From a virus, in IMG/VR virus record IMGVR_UViG_3300011113_000492, positions 1-64,000 of that record: 64,000 nucleotides of DNA; one strand, given 5' to 3'. Of this stretch, positions 63,816 through 64,000 are shown in pieces; within the stretch, counting starts at the first letter, position 1, and each line of letters starts with the position of its first letter. Both the position numbers and the translations under genes were made by a program. Under the pieces are notes generated by a model. It made no database searches, was not told where the DNA came from, and saw only the letters and a list, made by a program, of their open reading frames with translations.

Positions 63816-64000
63816 ATGCGTCCTTATGTTCTATATCTTCGCAAGTGCCCTGGGGTCAAAGACCCTAGGCACTTTAAGATCGGCATTGCGGCATTGGACA
63901 AAGTTCGTACACGTCTTGCGGCATATCAAAATGCCGTGGGTCCAGTGTACACTGAAGAATTCATGCATATTTGGCTAGGTGAAGATATTGATGTTAAAGA
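63816..64000 (+). CDS. GIY-YIG/T5orf172-like protein, N-terminal part (truncated by window end)
   Basis: MRPYVLYLRK...FKIGI...RTRLAAYQNAVG. Confidence 0.5.
   Translation, partial: MRPYVLYLRKCPGVKDPRHFKIGIAALDKVRTRLAAYQNAVGPVYTEEFMHIWLGEDIDVK

Noticed and set aside
1-64000. tRNA, tmRNA or rRNA genes
   Set aside because: All intergenic gaps over about 60 nt were read. None shows a cloverleaf or T-loop (GTTCRA) in a tRNA context.

Overview
A 64-kb segment of a large AT-rich T4-like (myovirus-type, probably jumbo) tailed-phage genome. It is almost fully coding and mostly on the + strand. It carries replication genes (primase end, DnaB-like helicase, nrdAB, glutaredoxin, nucleases), virion-type genes (Mtd-N fibre, PAAR spike, SleB hydrolase), four free-standing HNH endonucleases and many host-derived genes (iscU/iscA, rpsU, hsp20, clpS, clpP, phasin, uvsE). 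The phasin and the isc/clp/nrd gene types suggest a proteobacterial, probably betaproteobacterial, host (inference). Main highlights: (1) iscU is interrupted by an in-frame 9-nt insert, GGT-TAG-ATA-GGC, between the conserved Cys-Gly and Asp, directly behind an overlapping HNH gene. This looks like a miniature T4 gene-60/mobA-type ribosomal-bypass plus homing-endonuclease cassette. (2) A curli-like envelope module (CsgF, CsgG, two curlin-repeat proteins, FecR-domain protein) is linked to a CHASE2 adenylate cyclase, and a free-standing paralogue of the cyclase C-terminus lies just upstream. (3) Several proteins, including a kinase and an amidoligase, begin with a T4 capsid-targeting-like motif. 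(4) Cis-regulatory features include leaderless genes, a late promoter inside an SD-occluding hairpin, a hairpin shared by the hsp20 and phasin leaders, and repeated early-promoter cassettes. (5) Two unusual sugar-modification clusters are present. No tRNA, rRNA or CRISPR array was seen. All family calls come from motif recognition, not database searches.
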